A DNA stretch of 64,000 nt from Catajapyx aquilonaris (GCA_000934665.2 KZ538447.1:1-64000); one strand, 5' to 3'. Shown: positions 10,136-25,200, counted from the first letter of the stretch. The notes: a model not told the origin generated them from the letters alone. Translations and numbers: made by a program.

Positions 10136-13100
10136 GAGTAACGAGCCTTCGGATAAACCAAATGCCACCCATACAAAAAGCTAACATACACGGTAACGTT
10201 ACTGCAGGAGTTCTACACTGCTGAGTAATGAAAAAGTAACGCAGTACAGGGTGTTCCAACTGAATGCTCTTTTTATGTAAAAATTTCTTTGCCATAAGCT
10301 GGTTGCTTTAAGCAGTTATACTTTGAAGTAGAATTTACTTTTAGTGGCTATCATTATTATCATTACCTGCTAATATCAGACCGAATTGAATCACATGTCC
10401 AAGCATGAATTGCAATGAATTTCAGATTGGGAATGACCCATTGGAACCATGGCACGTCTGCAGCACAATCCATTTTTTGCAGTCCCCCTTGCAGGCGATG
10501 AAAAGGCTGGAGCCGCGAAACCTGATATTAGCAATTAACCACTAAAATCACTAAAATGTATAACAAAATTAATTACAGTGAGTTAATTTAAAATAAGCCT
10601 CAGAACCAAAAATGTGGAGATGGATAAAGCTAGCCGATCGAGATATTATACGCTCTGAAGTTGGATAAACCAATGACACTCAGACTTGCACGGGTCAGTT
10701 ACAGAGTGAGCGCTTATCACGATGCATTGTGAGACGATCCAGAGACGATCTATAAAAGTCAACGACATGTCTTGGAAGCATTTTGATACAACTTGCTAGT
10801 GAATTGAATTGCTCGTTGAATCCACATCAGATCCAATAACTACTCATGTAATCTATACTAATGGCTTGTTGCATTAATGGCAAGCTCAATTAACACTTTT
10901 ATTCACGGGACCATGACTAATAGTCTGCTTAATGTCGAAGTATGGTACGCACTACAATGCAATTATACTTTCTTGCTGACATAATGCGCAGCACATAATA
11001 TTACACCAGAGTCCTCGCTGTTCTTTAATACCCAGATTCTAAATGTCATAGAACTCTGGTTCCAACTAATAGAAAGGCAGACATATTGCAAATAATGCCA
11101 ATGTTGTGATAATCCCCCATAGTTTTCACACAGGCAGCAAGACACATATCGGGCGCCATGTCTGACCTGTTCTGGAGGCGGGCAAAAGAACAAGTTCCAA
11201 GTGGTGAGAAATCGATGACGCCTCCTTATCTGGGTCAACTTGCGCAACAGTGCAAACAACTCCTTCTTTGGGGGTGGGGGTGGGGGGCTTTCTTCCCTTA
11301 ATCCCCCCCATCACCGGTCCTTTTCATGCCTTTGGTGGGCTCCCATGATTTTAGGTGGGCCTGGAGTAGGCGCCTGGTGCCCTTATGGGCCCAACAGTCC
11401 AGCACTTACACACACCCACTGCATCATCATCGATCCATCAGCATGGACCATGGGACATTTAAGAGGAGGAGTCGGAAGGACCAAACCCCACCCCTATTTC
11501 GGCTTTTTAAACTCGTCTTGGGGTCCCCACTCGTCTCCAGAAATTTCCAGCCCGAGCGTTCCAGCCTCTTTTCAGCCCAAAAATTCCGGGGATGGGCCGC
11601 CTGTTTGAAATGGGAAATGACGTGCTGCCAAAATTCCCAGCACTAGACACGAAACATGGGCGCTTGGTAGTCAGCCAGAAAATGTTCCAGCCCGTGGATT
11701 CCGCCACTTCCAATTTCTTCGCTATTCATTTTTTCCCCCCCTCACCCCACCCCACTTCAGGCGGCACTTGGAGGATCCATACCGTACGTGGTCATCAAGG
11801 AACATATGCCAACCGGCACACCGGCAAAAATATTCACGGTGAGAAAAATGCATTAATGTTTGAAAAGTGCAGTTTGTATACATTTTTTTTTCGGAGCAGG
11901 CGCAAAAGGACCACCTGACGCTATACTTCCTGTGGACACTTCCGTAGGGGAAACTTATTACTCCACCACCCCCTTCGTTTCCCATCCCCCCCGACCCCCC
12001 CCTGGTACAGATCGCACATATACAGAGCACAGTGGCCACGCCTCCGGTATACCCCCCTCCATATACCCCCCTCATTCGCCCCCCCCCCTCTATTCTCCCT
12101 CCCTCCCTCCCCCCATCACCCCTCCACCGTCCGAACCAGACTCAGTCTCAGCCCAGTCCGGCTCTGGCTTCCTCCCGTGCCTCACGGTAGGCTCCCCCGC
12201 CTCTATATCTATAGTCTCGTGCCGACTATTTTATTATTACGCGCTTTTTGACATCTGGAGCACCGTATATAGTGACCGGAATTGGTGTGGAAATTACGTG
12301 TTTTTCGTTATCCTGACAGGTAGGCAACATTTGCTACATGGCTCGCGTTTATTAACGCTACATTTCACGCGCGTAAACACGACGCGCATGTAAATGATAT
12401 TAGGGCGATTCAGTAAATATCCCCCAAACTGCTATAATATATACTTGACCAATGTGAGGGCTGTAATAACTTTTTTTTCTTCTTTTTTTTAATCGAGGCA
12501 GGTGGTCGGAAATGACTGATTCGCCCTGTGAGCATGTACCGTAATTATTGAACTCCGGCGCCACGAGTGATAGCGCCATTAGATAAGAGCGAGATAAGAT
12601 TCTCACTAATCCTGTCACTATGTAGTGGCTCCAGTTGTAAGTGACTTCCCGGTTAAGATAGTCTTTTTGTTATTTTGTTGTCAAAAAAGAAAACTATTGT
12701 GACCTCTTACCCCCCATTTCTGACCTCAGCAGGCTAGGGTGCGTAAAGAGCCATGGGTTAGTAGGCTCACCCCACCCTCCCCCCGACACCTGACACCGCA
12801 TTACCTGCACAAAACCAACCGGGGTCACCTTCTTGGCGAGGTCATCCGAATTTTTTTGGTCGCTCCCAACCCCCTATCGGCGGTCGCTTCCGGACAATTT
12901 TGGTGGACATTAGTGAGATCACCCTCACACTTTCCCTTTCCCCCTCCCCCTTTCCCCTCCTTTTTATTAATCCCCCGCCCCTCCCTCCCCCTTCCCCCCT
13001 TTTCCTTGGCCTCCCCCTACCGACTATTCTGGGTCGCCTGGCAGTGATGCTGCCGACGAGCAGAAGCAGGGGCAGCCGCCACATGGGAGAAGAAGGAGTG

Positions 13101-13207
13101 ACCCTAGCACCCGAGTGACCCTCAACTGACCCCTGAGTGACCATCCTTTGACAAACAAATCCGCTGGGTCCCTCGGATGCTGAGCCTGGCCCTCTGCAGC
13201 AGCGCTT

Positions 13208-13280
13208 ATGACGCCGCCACACGCCATGGTATTGCTCGCCTTCTGCCTAATCTTTGGAAATCTGGTGTGCTTCAGGGCAG
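13208..13280 (+). CDS. NELL: NELL exon 1 (signal peptide)
   Basis: MTPPHAMVLLAFCLIFGNLVCFRA, CAG|GTAAGC, phase 1 matches exon 2; lies in a GC-rich promoter-like region. Confidence 0.72.
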
Positions 13281-16200
13281 GTAAGCATCGAGTCATATTC
13301 ATCATACGGGTATTACTTTTTAAGCGCAAAATAGTGACACGCGGTATTTATTGGCCAAATCATGTCCTGACAAACTGTCCAACAGCCCTAATGCGGTTGT
13401 GCATCTGCCATAAATTGATTGCCAAAATGACAGACACGTGCAAACGAGCTGTTTTCCTTTCTGGTTGGTTAACATTCATTACGGTCGATTAAATAATAGA
13501 TTTTAGTGTGAAATCGTATATACCCCAGTTTGATTCAATGAATGCTTTCACTCTTCTGACCAATATGTCATTTAACAGGAACGTCGCGTTATTCGGCGTG
13601 ATATTTTTGGAATATATTGTTGAATCGTATTAGTGATAAGCTGATAACTAATTAACTGGCCACTTGTATAATTTACCCCGAATGGAGAATATTATATCGC
13701 ACCTAATGGCTTCCCTATTCGGTGCATTCCGGTGGCCTCTTTCAGTCCACGTGGGTAATCGGATTGAACTCGCTTGCACATCCAATTAATGTCATTTATC
13801 GCCTAACGAGCTCTGCGAACACGCCAATCCAATAAAAAGGATCCACCCCCCCCCNNNNNNNNCCCCCCCCCCACTCCCTCACCCTTTCTCCCTTCCAATG
13901 CACAGCCTTAACGACTTTGCTATTTTGGAATTCATCCTCATGTAAAAGGACTACCCCCCGAAGTTTCCTTGCAATCCGCTTACGGGGAATCAAAGAGCAA
14001 TTCAATTAAGCCGGGTGACAAAGGTTTATGTCCAAAGTTGTCCTCTCCTGAAGCCAGCTATAGCCTCAGCGACTCTCATTACGGAGACATAGTACCACGC
14101 AGACGACGAGGGAGGGGGGGAAAAACCGGCGGAAAAACTCCATTTGTCGTATCCCCCACCTCTGGGTGACATTCGGATAGTTAATGAAATTATATCCGGC
14201 GTCTTTCCCCACCTCCCTCTCAGTTACCTCGCCTCCTCCACCCCCACTTGAATGTCCAAGGCCCTTTATAGCAACGTGAGGACACACTTTGCCAACTTGG
14301 CGGAATATACAGTATATCCTGCTGCTCCGGATCGCTTTTTCGCCCTGGCCAGCAAAACGCAATGTCCGAAGGACAAATCCTGATTTTTTTTTTCTCTCTC
14401 TCACTCTCACTCTCTTTCATCTGTAAGATGCCAGACACCTATATGCTTTCATAGGTCTTGTCGGAACATCCTGTATATCTCAGCATCCTGCAGGAATGAA
14501 CCAGAAAAAAAGGGGCGAAAGTCTGAAACCCCCAGAGGGCTTTGCTGCTACCATAAAGAGACTGATGGGAATCAGGTGGGGGCGTTAGTCTAGAGCACGT
14601 GGCATCTGCTGCTGATGCCACTATTCTCCTGCTGCCACTGCAACCCAAACGGAAGTGGCAACTTCAAGAGGTGGGGAGGTGTAGGGGGGGAGGGAGAGGT
14701 GAGGAAAAGAAAAATGCCGCCGCCGGAAGTGATGGGTTGCGAGGAGGGAGCGGAGAAGCGGGTGCTGAGAGGAGGAGGTGGAGGAGGAACAGAAGGAATC
14801 AGCCCAAGGGGCTATCACGTGCCACTTATTGGGGAGGCTCGGTTCCTAAAATTGCTCTCTTCACATTTCGTCGAGTTTTCACTTTGAAGATAAGGCTTGA
14901 ACGGCCAGTGTCAGATTCACCTGACCATACACTTTCCTTCAAGTTAATGACCTCGATAAGTGTTGAGGTGAACTGTTTGAACTATTATATTCCTGATGGC
15001 GTGTTAAAATCGGAGTTATCGAATGATTGTTTGATGAATTGCTATGGCATGTTCGTTTAATCCATAAAAATTGTGCGACGTACCAATGTTTGAATGGACG
15101 GACGGCGTGCTGGTTTCACCTGATAGATTACTCAATCAGTGATACGGGATCTTTATCCTTCCCTCCAATCTCTGGTCAGCTGATCATGAGAGTGAATCAT
15201 CCCTGTAAAAGAAACATTTAATTATTATTTAAGTTTTACTTTCGTGTGTTTTTGTCTTTAGCTAGCCAATAAAATAGTAATATTGGTACCATATATTGAT
15301 ATCACACCACACCAATATTTGATATGATTTGTCGCGTAGACTCGAAATCATAAGGAGTAGACTCATGAAATGCGCCGTGCATTCCCTAAAAGTAATCAGT
15401 GAGCTGGTACGTGATGCAATTAATCATGCCTGTGTTTCATCATGATCTCGCCCTCTGGCCTCGCATCCGCACATATACTTCGGGCCAGGCGATAAGCAGG
15501 TCAGTTTTACTGGCTGCCACAATTTGACACCTACATGCGGTCAGCCCCGTAAATCCTACACCGGAATAAAAAAACCCCCAGCAAAGATTGCTTCGGTTGT
15601 CCTTGATGCCTCCAAGGTTGTCTCGGGTTGCTCAAGAAACGGCGACAACTAAAGCTCTTCTTTGACACGAAGGAAATGGGAGGGTATCGATGCAAATAAA
15701 TGAATGCAGGTTACTCCCGCATTGCGGATTTCCCAATTTCAAGAGGTAAATATTTCACTCCTGGAGTAATGCGAATCCTATATAGGGACTAAGGGAATTT
15801 ATCGTATAGCGTACGAAACCTTGGGAGGAAGATTCCACATTTTAAAAGACTGAATTATCAAGAGGCGCGTGGCCCATTCTGTCGAACAGCTTAATACGAA
15901 TTGATATTTAGGTGACCGTCAAACTGGAAGCTTAAAAACTTGGAGTAATAAATTATTGAGTAATAAGACCATAAAAATTCACACTTGGTGGGCTCCTATA
16001 CTGGGCAAATGTGTCGGAGTAAATTGGAGGACTCGCCTCAAGTCCTTATATTCTTCATAAATTTCGATCCGACTGCATTTTCCCCCCAATTACTCTGAAA
16101 TGAGACATGTGCATTGATGCCTCACTCCCCCCCCCCCCTGTCAAGGTGTCATATGAACGCCTGGTATCACTCGGCAGTAATTTTCCTTATTCTGACGGCA

Positions 16201-19200
16201 ATAAAACGCTTCACCAACTACTATGGTTAAGTAACACTCAGATAAGATAAGGATTCCGATTGCATCACGACGGAAGGGGGACACTCTCTCAGATGGGAGA
16301 ATTAGCTGATTGCAAGTTGCAACTAACTTGTATTAACTGAAAAGGTTCCATCCAGTGGCTACCCTATACGGTATACGCAGTGCATGCACATAGCTAGTCT
16401 AAAGGGCAGTCCCCAGGACTGCCCTTTCCGTCCGCAGCCACATGGAGACAAGGGGAGGGGAATCCAGTAAATATCAACTGCCCGTGGGAAACTTTTTTTT
16501 GCCGGAAGTCACCTGCAACCGGGTCGTTTTTGCCAACTCTCAGGACCCTTTCCACCACTGGTGCCATTACCGGAATTTCATGCATTGCGTGCCACATATA
16601 CTCACCTATATATACGAGAATGGAGCTCTCTTTCAACACGTTTGCAAGTCATAACTAGCAGTCTGGCACCAAGCGGCCAAATTGCGTACATAGGCATTCG
16701 CATGTTATTATAGGCAGTGTTCAAATGGGATTCCAAGACGGTGCCCTTTTTGACTCTAACTGTAGCGTGATGACCATTTGGGGAAGAGTTTCTCAGAATT
16801 GCCAGTTCTATTCGTAATGTATGGGATTCCCCAAAACTCCTTTTATGCTGAACTTTCCAATAAACACATAGCATGTCAGGAATCTCTCCTGTTATTAATT
16901 TAAAAGTTCATGTGTTGCACCAGGCGAGTACCGAATAAGGACGGTTCTGTATAACGTTAAAATAATATTTCTGCTTTAAATAGAAAACCGGAATCAAATA
17001 TAGCACCTCCTACCTTGCAGGTACTTTCATTAGACATTATTAATACCATTCCAAATATCGTGCTTTCCTGAGTGAACCAGCACGATACCCTCACCCCCCG
17101 TCCATATAGGCCTAAACGCAGTAAAAGGCGATTTGTTTCATGCCGCTAGAATGAGATCCGTGCAGCTACTTTATAACCCCAGGAGAGGCATAACCATCAG
17201 TCAGTTCCGCCAAGAACGAGCCCTTTTCTTTCGGATGGAATGATTAGATAGGCCTCTTAACATGCCTATTGACAAAAGAAGGCGCACACACGGAAACGGA
17301 TTTTTATTTGGCCCAAGCAAGAATAATGAACCGACACGACATGGCGGCATTGAAAAGAAAAAAAAAGTTCCACGTGCGACATGTACTTTCAGAAAAAGAA
17401 TGGCGGCCGGCATGGCGCTTACATAACGCACTCTGGCAGGGCTCGACGGTATATACTTCCTCCGGATTGGCGGACTCAAAGTGCGGGGCTCCCCTGGTCG
17501 ATGACCGAGTTGAAGCGCCAATTCATTATTCATGGCCCTGGAGACCAACGGGGTACGGCACATACACGGAAACCAAACACATGTCGCCAGGAACACTTGC
17601 CCTCTCTTTCTCTCTCGCCAGCACTCATGGGAGACGTGCTTTCAATCTACGGCCATGCTCATGATTGGCGTGTGCCACCAAGGTTGACTCTTCATGACTT
17701 TAAAATGACCCCTACCAGAATGCCTTCTGATATTCACCTACACTATTATCAGGAAGTATTATGGGTAGAATGCCACCGAATCAGCGATGCGAATGATCAG
17801 GAGACCTTGGAAGATAAGGAGAGCTTATGTTTGCTCCCCAAATTGTACATGCACAGTATAAACATACTTCAAGCCTATATCGTGGAAGAGGTTTCAAAAT
17901 TTCCGACGTGAAAGAATCAGTAAAGTGCGTTACATATTTAATAAAGGTCGCCAAAATAGCTTTCCAACAACCGTCTGGTTCCTCGGTTGATTCACGTGAA
18001 AACAAATCGAATTTACAAAAGCGGCTGTTGCGTATTCTTAGTGTGCATGAATTATTTGGGTCTAAGCAATCACATGGTCTCAGGGAGGGTATTTCCAATC
18101 CCACGGAGCCTATAGGCCACGTGCGTGAGGCACGGAAATGAATTAGGTAACGGCGTCAATTGAAACGCAACCGGGTAAAAGCAAATAAAGCATGGCCAAC
18201 CAAATTCCTCCCCAAAATTGGCCTCCTTTGGAAACGGTCTAGTACCCATTTTCATCAAAGTTCACCACATTTCCGTTCCGATACTATCTGACGGAGGCGA
18301 AATTGGAAACTTTGTATTCCGGTGCCGTGCGTGGCGTTGCAGCATATGAAATATTAACGTGACAACATTTTTTCCAAGGCAGCTGCACTTGCTTACCACC
18401 AGCCGACCCTCCAGCCCATGACATAAAAAAACGGTTCCACTTTACCCCTGCTCCTACCTGCTGTTGCAATAGAATAATTGACACGAAAGTCAAGCGTTAC
18501 TTTCAAAAGTCACCCCCTCAAACGAACCTGAATTTTTAAAATGGTTAATTTGCAGAACCTGTACAATCTCGCTCAGCACAATTCAAATATGAAGTATGAG
18601 GTTCAATAAAAATATGCCAGAAATATTCTCCCCGAACATAATTATACAAATACCATACGTATAATATGAATATATTCTGACGCACATGTGTGTGATAGAG
18701 CCGTACAGTTCGAAGCAATCCATGATAACAACCTCTTAGCTGAGCCGCAATGCATACTTTCAGGGCGGAGTGATTGGTGCGAGTGGGTGGAGGCAAATCC
18801 ATAAAATTGTACCAAGACCGACATGGAAACAGGAACAAACAGAGGGGGTTGTGGTGGTAAACATAACTATAGCTGGAGGGCCATTATATTTTCGACATTT
18901 TCTTTTCGTGTGCTGCAGCCCCGCATGAAGCAATGCAGCTTAATTGCTCGCGAGGTGTCCAAACCGACATTGACACAAAGTCACGCCACGCGCTGTCACA
19001 CGCATCCCCACACAGTATATACCGGCACACTTATTGTGTCGTGCCTTGCAACAAAGCTGTCAATCCTGATATTTTTGGCACCGGCCTAAAGGAACTGTCC
19101 AACCTATGGTCGATTTAATTCCAAGGCAACTTTCGGAGCTGTCACGTGAGAATTGGCCACGATATGGGAAGATAGGTATATCCGCTATTCAGCTGTACTT

Positions 19201-22200
19201 TCGGGGGTATAGTGGAGGTAGGGGTGGGCTGGAAGGGTGGTAAAAACACCGGAACTGGAGGCCAGATGGGCTCAGGGAGTGTGTCCGCGTACAATTGCGG
19301 GCAGGTGGCAAGTGGATGGGATACACATTTCTCCCCTCCAGTATTGTGTCTACCACACACCCACCCAGCCCGACACACACACATACATTCGCCCACTCCC
19401 ACACACTTTCCTGCGGCCTATATCCAGGCCGCAACCCGATGTCCCATTAGCAAAATTGCTGCCGGGGAGGGCTATTTTTCATTACGGTGACACTGCTCAC
19501 GCCATCTTGGCCGTATCTTTGAGCACCTCCAGGGAGTTATTACAGCAAGGGCATTGGTCTCATCTACACCGGTGACAGGAGACTAAATGGGGTCGTCCAT
19601 TACGCAGCATTATTCAACCGAACAGGAAAATGATAGCAGTAACTGCAAATCTCTTATGTTACGTATGAAGGCTATTTGCCCCATGTGTAAAATATGCCCA
19701 CTAAACTAATTGCAGGGACTGACTGAATCGCCCTTTATCCTGCAAATAAAGGCAACCAATTGCCAAATCAGTACTTTTATTGAGAGTCGACCAACGGAAG
19801 TTGGCAATGCAGATTTTCGCTGACACGGTGCCCACGTGCAGACTACCCCTTCTATGGGGAGGGGGGGGGGGNNNNNNNNNNNNNNNNNNNNNNNNNNNNN
19901 NNNNNNNNNNNNNNNNNNNNNNNNNNNNNNNNNNNNNNNNNNNNNNNNNNNNNNNNNNNNNNNNNNNNNNNNNNNNNNNCCCCCCCCCCCCCCCCCCCCC
20001 CTCGAACCGTCTAGGAAGGACATAAAAGCGAGGGTCGGCTGGTTTGTACAAATACACGCACATCGAGCTTGCACGCATTCTCTTTGCACACTTTTACTCT
20101 CCGTTCATAAACTCATGCTTTGATCGATACCATTCTCCAGTAGATTTAATGAAATGGAAATTTACCTTTTTGGTTAATACGTACGGGATTTTTTCCATTA
20201 AAACTGGCTTAACATTTTTGAAAGAACTTATCAGATAAAACTAATTCGGAAACTGATGAACTAAGTATTTTTTTTAAAGTCCCGCTATGGTTGTTAAACG
20301 ACTGCCCATGGCTTAACACCACCTTAAAGTCCATTTCATGCAACAGGACTACAGCGCCATAAGTTAGCAAATTTTCTCCCGTCATTCCGAGCACCTACTT
20401 TGGTCTTAGCGATTTTGTAATCCATCATGCAGCGAGTTTGGATAATTACCCAAATTTCCGACTAGTGATAGCTCCGCCGCGCTATAGCTCGGGTTCTCGG
20501 GTTTTGACCCCTGAACATGGCTGTAAAGACCTAATGGCAGTTTCCAAGGAGCATATTAAACCGCCATCAAAATTCGCAAAAAAAGAGACTTCCCTGCAAG
20601 GTTTGGGTGTCAACCCTTGGATAATGAATTCGCCAGCCTCCCCCATCTTATATCAAGTGAACGAACAGCACAGCCATTAACACTCCCTATAAAAACAGGG
20701 CTGGAACCAAATTTTATGCCTCACATTCTCAAAAAACATAAATCGCATTTTGATAGGCGCATCTCGGCCACCATGATATTACTGTCACAGCCAACAGTGC
20801 AAAAAAAAAGGTGCAGTGTTGAGTCGGCCAAAAGAAGAAATATACGAGGTCTTTTCCAAAATATCTGTTAATGAGATGGGCCAGACCAACCTTGCGTCTT
20901 TTAATATCCTCGGCCGCTTCGCCAATGACATCATTAACAATATCGTGATTATCAGTCTGAGTCGGAGGAGGAAATATGGGTTGGCCGTGGGGAAGGGTGG
21001 CGGATTTTCTGAATTTAATGGCGCATATCCACGCGAACTCCTCCGGCACTACGCACGTTCACCTTATTTATTTCCCATCGATTATGAGTTTCCCCCCATG
21101 AAAGTTTTCCAGCTCAGACATCAGAGGATGTTGGCCCTCGGGATGGGCCTAAAAGTCAACAAACAACCCCGGTCCAATTACTAGTGAGTAAGGTAACGTG
21201 GCAGGAATCATCATAATTGGTTTCGGGGACCCCCTTACTTACAGCTGGATGCGGCTTCTGGATGGCAGCTGTTAGAGTCGGTTTTGGCCTTGTTTGTCCC
21301 TTTATTTCCTACTCACCTGGAAAGTCATTAGTTTCGTCTGCCTCCGGTACTGAAGCCAACTAGGAATCAGTGTCATTATAAATGGCTTGGCCAACACTGT
21401 AGGTGTCCAATAATTATATACAGGTGGGCAATCAATTATCCACGCGGATTGGTCCCAATCAACGTTTCGAATGCCGTATGTGATCGATATACGCCATCAA
21501 TACACTACACCGTTTCATAATGTGATTATTAGACCTTGAGACTTTTCAAAAAGAAACAACTTTATTAAATCCCAGTTCAAGAGATAAGTAGAGAAGGAAG
21601 TTGTTAATTGTTCGCTCCAGCAACCAGTTTAAAGGGAAGGCACAATTCCAAGTGAATATGGCCCTGATGGATTCTTCCATTAGGGTTGCTTCTCTTTAAG
21701 CTGGTTGCTGGGAGAAGTAATCCATTACTTCTTAACCTACTTCTGCCTTGAGCAGGGGACTTACAGAGTTACAGTCAGCACATCACCAAGGATAATCATA
21801 TAACGAAAATGAGCCTATGAGTCGCGTAATGGAAATGTGTATCAATCACTGAACGCCAATATTCTTATTGGTTCAGACTTGGTCCTGAAAGTTGTTATTG
21901 TCCCACAGATTGATCATTGATGTATTGACGAGTTCCCAGGCCATTCAATAACGAGGTTTCCAATAGTGAGTCACACAGTAGCACATAATTATATAGAGCT
22001 ATCCTTACCGCACGCACGTCTCAGGCTTTTAATCAACCTAATAACAGACCGGTATATCCCCCTGTCGTCTAATTCTAGGATGTCCCGAAATGTGGGACAG
22101 ATTTCGCCTGGAAATAGGTAATAAAAGTCTACTTATAAATGAGAGTGGGTCTTCTCCATCACTCCCACCCGGAAATGAAGTCTTTAAGAGTAGTGATCCT

Positions 22201-25200
22201 TCCCTTGCTATCACCACACATATGAAATATTCAGGCCCAGGAAGGAAACTCGAAAATCAATACTCGGTGGCATTTTTCTCATTTTTTGTTGAAAGGGCAA
22301 CTCGGCACGTGGTTGTGTGTATGACAGATTACATTCAAAAATGGATTTTTTTTGAAGGCACGTGTTTCTGATTTCCTGGCAGGATTTTTAAAAAATGCCA
22401 TTTATATTGATGTTATTGGAAGAGATGCTGCCTGCAGCAGTTATGCGAAATTGACCCACTTCCGCAAAACTTTTTGCACCACACATGCGATTATCCGCCA
22501 GCAAACTTATCCTCGAGGCCTCCACTATTTTTAATCAGGTCGGGCAACCAACTTGCGTCCCAAATGCACATCGCCAGCTGAATCCGATTGCATTTTGGGA
22601 CTCCCATTAGGACAAGTTTCTCTGGCACTTAATTTTGCAGTGTCGGGACCAGAATTGCCAAGCCGGCGATAATTGAGAAATGGGAACGTCTGGGAAGGAC
22701 GTCTGGGATGGCCTACATCAAGGTTGCTCTCAGTATGCTTCTTGGCTTCAGCAGCCTTTCCTTCGGTTCTTCTTTTGCTCTCTTGACAAAAGAGTAGGAT
22801 GTCAAGACATGCAGCTCGGGATTGTTCTACTTCCTGTCTCCTTGCTGAAAGTCCGGAGGAAGTAAGTCGGCTTGCAATCCCGCCAACCGAGAAGATTGCA
22901 ACTATAAGTTTACTACGTACATTCAGGGAGAAGATTGGATGAGAGACATTAAACCCACTCGCCTGCACCGAGAAAGGAGGGGCTGTATGGAAACATTAAT
23001 TTTCTGGGTCGCTTAGTCTCACTTCTTTCGTGGCTCATTTCCCTGCTACAACAGCATGGATTTGCCTCGTTTCTGCCGCATCAATACGAATCGACGATGT
23101 GCCAGAGTTAATTTTTAGGATTTAACGACGTCAACTGATGCATCCAAGCAAGTTTACAAACCGGTTTATTAGGCCAGAAAAATCAACGATGCGACAACAT
23201 GGCATGAATAGTGGACGCAGTTTAAGCCAGACTTTATAACCGGTTATAGTATGTCCATCTTTAAAATCATCGACTGCAAAACAAAAAAAAGAGACCTGGC
23301 ATTCACTGCGGTGCAGCAGGGACCGCGTTCGCCGATGGGCAGTCCCCATAGTTGCATACGAGCCGGAAGAGGGGGGCATGCAGCGTTGTGGGAGGGCGAG
23401 CTCATATGTGGGCCATAGGAGACAATAATTCGGGTCCGGTAGAGAAGAGAGTTTTAGGCTCTTCATAACGACACTGCGGCATTTGTGCTGCATCGCATCG
23501 ATTTCCCGTCTGTTTTTGGGGCGCGCCGGAATGCCGCCAGGCCAAGCCCAAGCTCCAACCCGGCCAAGGGAGGAAGTCTGTCTAGGCACACCAAGTAAGG
23601 TACAACCTAACCTCCCCATCCCCCCTCCCCCTTTTCTCTCTCTTCTCTCTTCTCTCTCTCTATCCCCTTTTGCCTCTCCCACTCTCCCGATTCAGCCTGT
23701 GAATTCTTCAACTAGGACCCCCGCTCGATACCCGTTGGCCCTTTGGACTCGGCTCGCTTTTTTATTCCCTGCTCCCTTTTACCCCCGAAAACTCCGGATT
23801 CTAGATGGCCCGCTCCAAAACTTTCCATCCGTGCCACGGATTACTCCCGGGCTGCCACGAGAGGGAATTTCTTTCATCCGGATAATTTTCAAAGCACCGG
23901 GGCCCTGTGGCTGCTGCCATATAAGTGGTATAGCTGGGAGGAGGGTTACATGGACAATCTTCCTTCTAATCACCCGGATAAAGTGGGTTCCCAAACCTGA
24001 CATAGTGTTTCGCGGTTATCAGGAGCACGCAATACGCACGGGACCATGCTTTGGTTTGCACGCAAAATGAGCGAGATCAGCAGGAGAGGAATCTAGTAGT
24101 ATGGCACAGTCTGCAGGTTTTATCAATGGTACCGAAATTCCTGCTGGATGTGCTACCTGTCAAACATTATTGTAATAATACTGACAGAGCCACGTGCCTT
24201 ACGGTGTCATGTGTGCTCAGGTAGTGCGAAAGAACAAGTGTCGTAATTAATTTCTGGGCGCCCGATAGTACGAGGCTTTTCAGAGGAACTGTATAGCTGC
24301 TGATTGCATTGTGGATCATAATGTAGGGTTCCTTCATATTCTTAATTAATCAGGCAGTCTACAGTCAACATGTGGAAATTAACCCGAATAATTAATCAGT
24401 TTCAGCACTTTGATGCTACGTTGCATAGATTTAGCTCGTAACTTGTACAGAATCTGCACTGGAGCCCAGAAAGCAATGACCCCACCAATAATAGGACAAA
24501 GTAATCTGTCCCATGGTACGTCCACTATTGACTTACAAAATTGCCTTCCGGTTGGATTTCCCTTGGCAACGCGGTTGCTCCTATCGTGAGTCAACACTTT
24601 TGTTGCCACAACGGAGATGTTTACTTGTTGACGGGCCAATGTAATAAAAAAAATCTCGCCGAAAGGGCAGACTCTGTGACGTAGCTAATACCACATCTTG
24701 CAAAATCTCCACACTTTTTGATATTTTTAAGTAAAAAGGGGAATAATCGCATGTAAAATATGTCTGGTGGCGACGCTCTGATGGAGATTTATGGAAGCTT
24801 GACGAGTTCTGTGCGGCAAATTTGCGGGGTGGTGTCTGGCAGTAAGAGCGATTCTGCCCAGTCCCAATGACCCCGTAAGTCATGGGGCGGGACCTATTTT
24901 AAGGAGGGCTGGCGGCAGAGTGAAAAAGGAGGCCCCATCCGGGCGGCATTCAAAAGTCTCTTTATCTAAACCAAACTTCCTCTACAATGTTCCTTTCGTC
25001 TAACTGGCTCCCGCTTTGGCTATTTCGTCATATTTCGACCTTGCCACAACTATGGTTCGCGAACCACTTCACTTTGAAAACTTGTAATTTGCGAGGTTAC
25101 GTTTTGCCTGGATAACGGTTCAGCTGGACGTGCATTAACATGTAATATGCGGAGTGAAACCTGGATAAGGCGCCTTGACACAAATTCCCGCTTGCCGGTA

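Noticed and set aside
10245..10670. Tc1/mariner-like end TACAGGGTGTTCCAACT (similar motif near 2388)
   Set aside because: No clear matching second TIR or transposase remnant
11860..15060. Pro-rich and Gly/Arg-rich ORFs around the NELL start
   Set aside because: Explained by C- or G-rich low-complexity promoter and intron sequence
19860..20002. Poly-G/poly-C inverted structure
   Set aside because: Flanks an N gap; likely an assembly artefact at homopolymers
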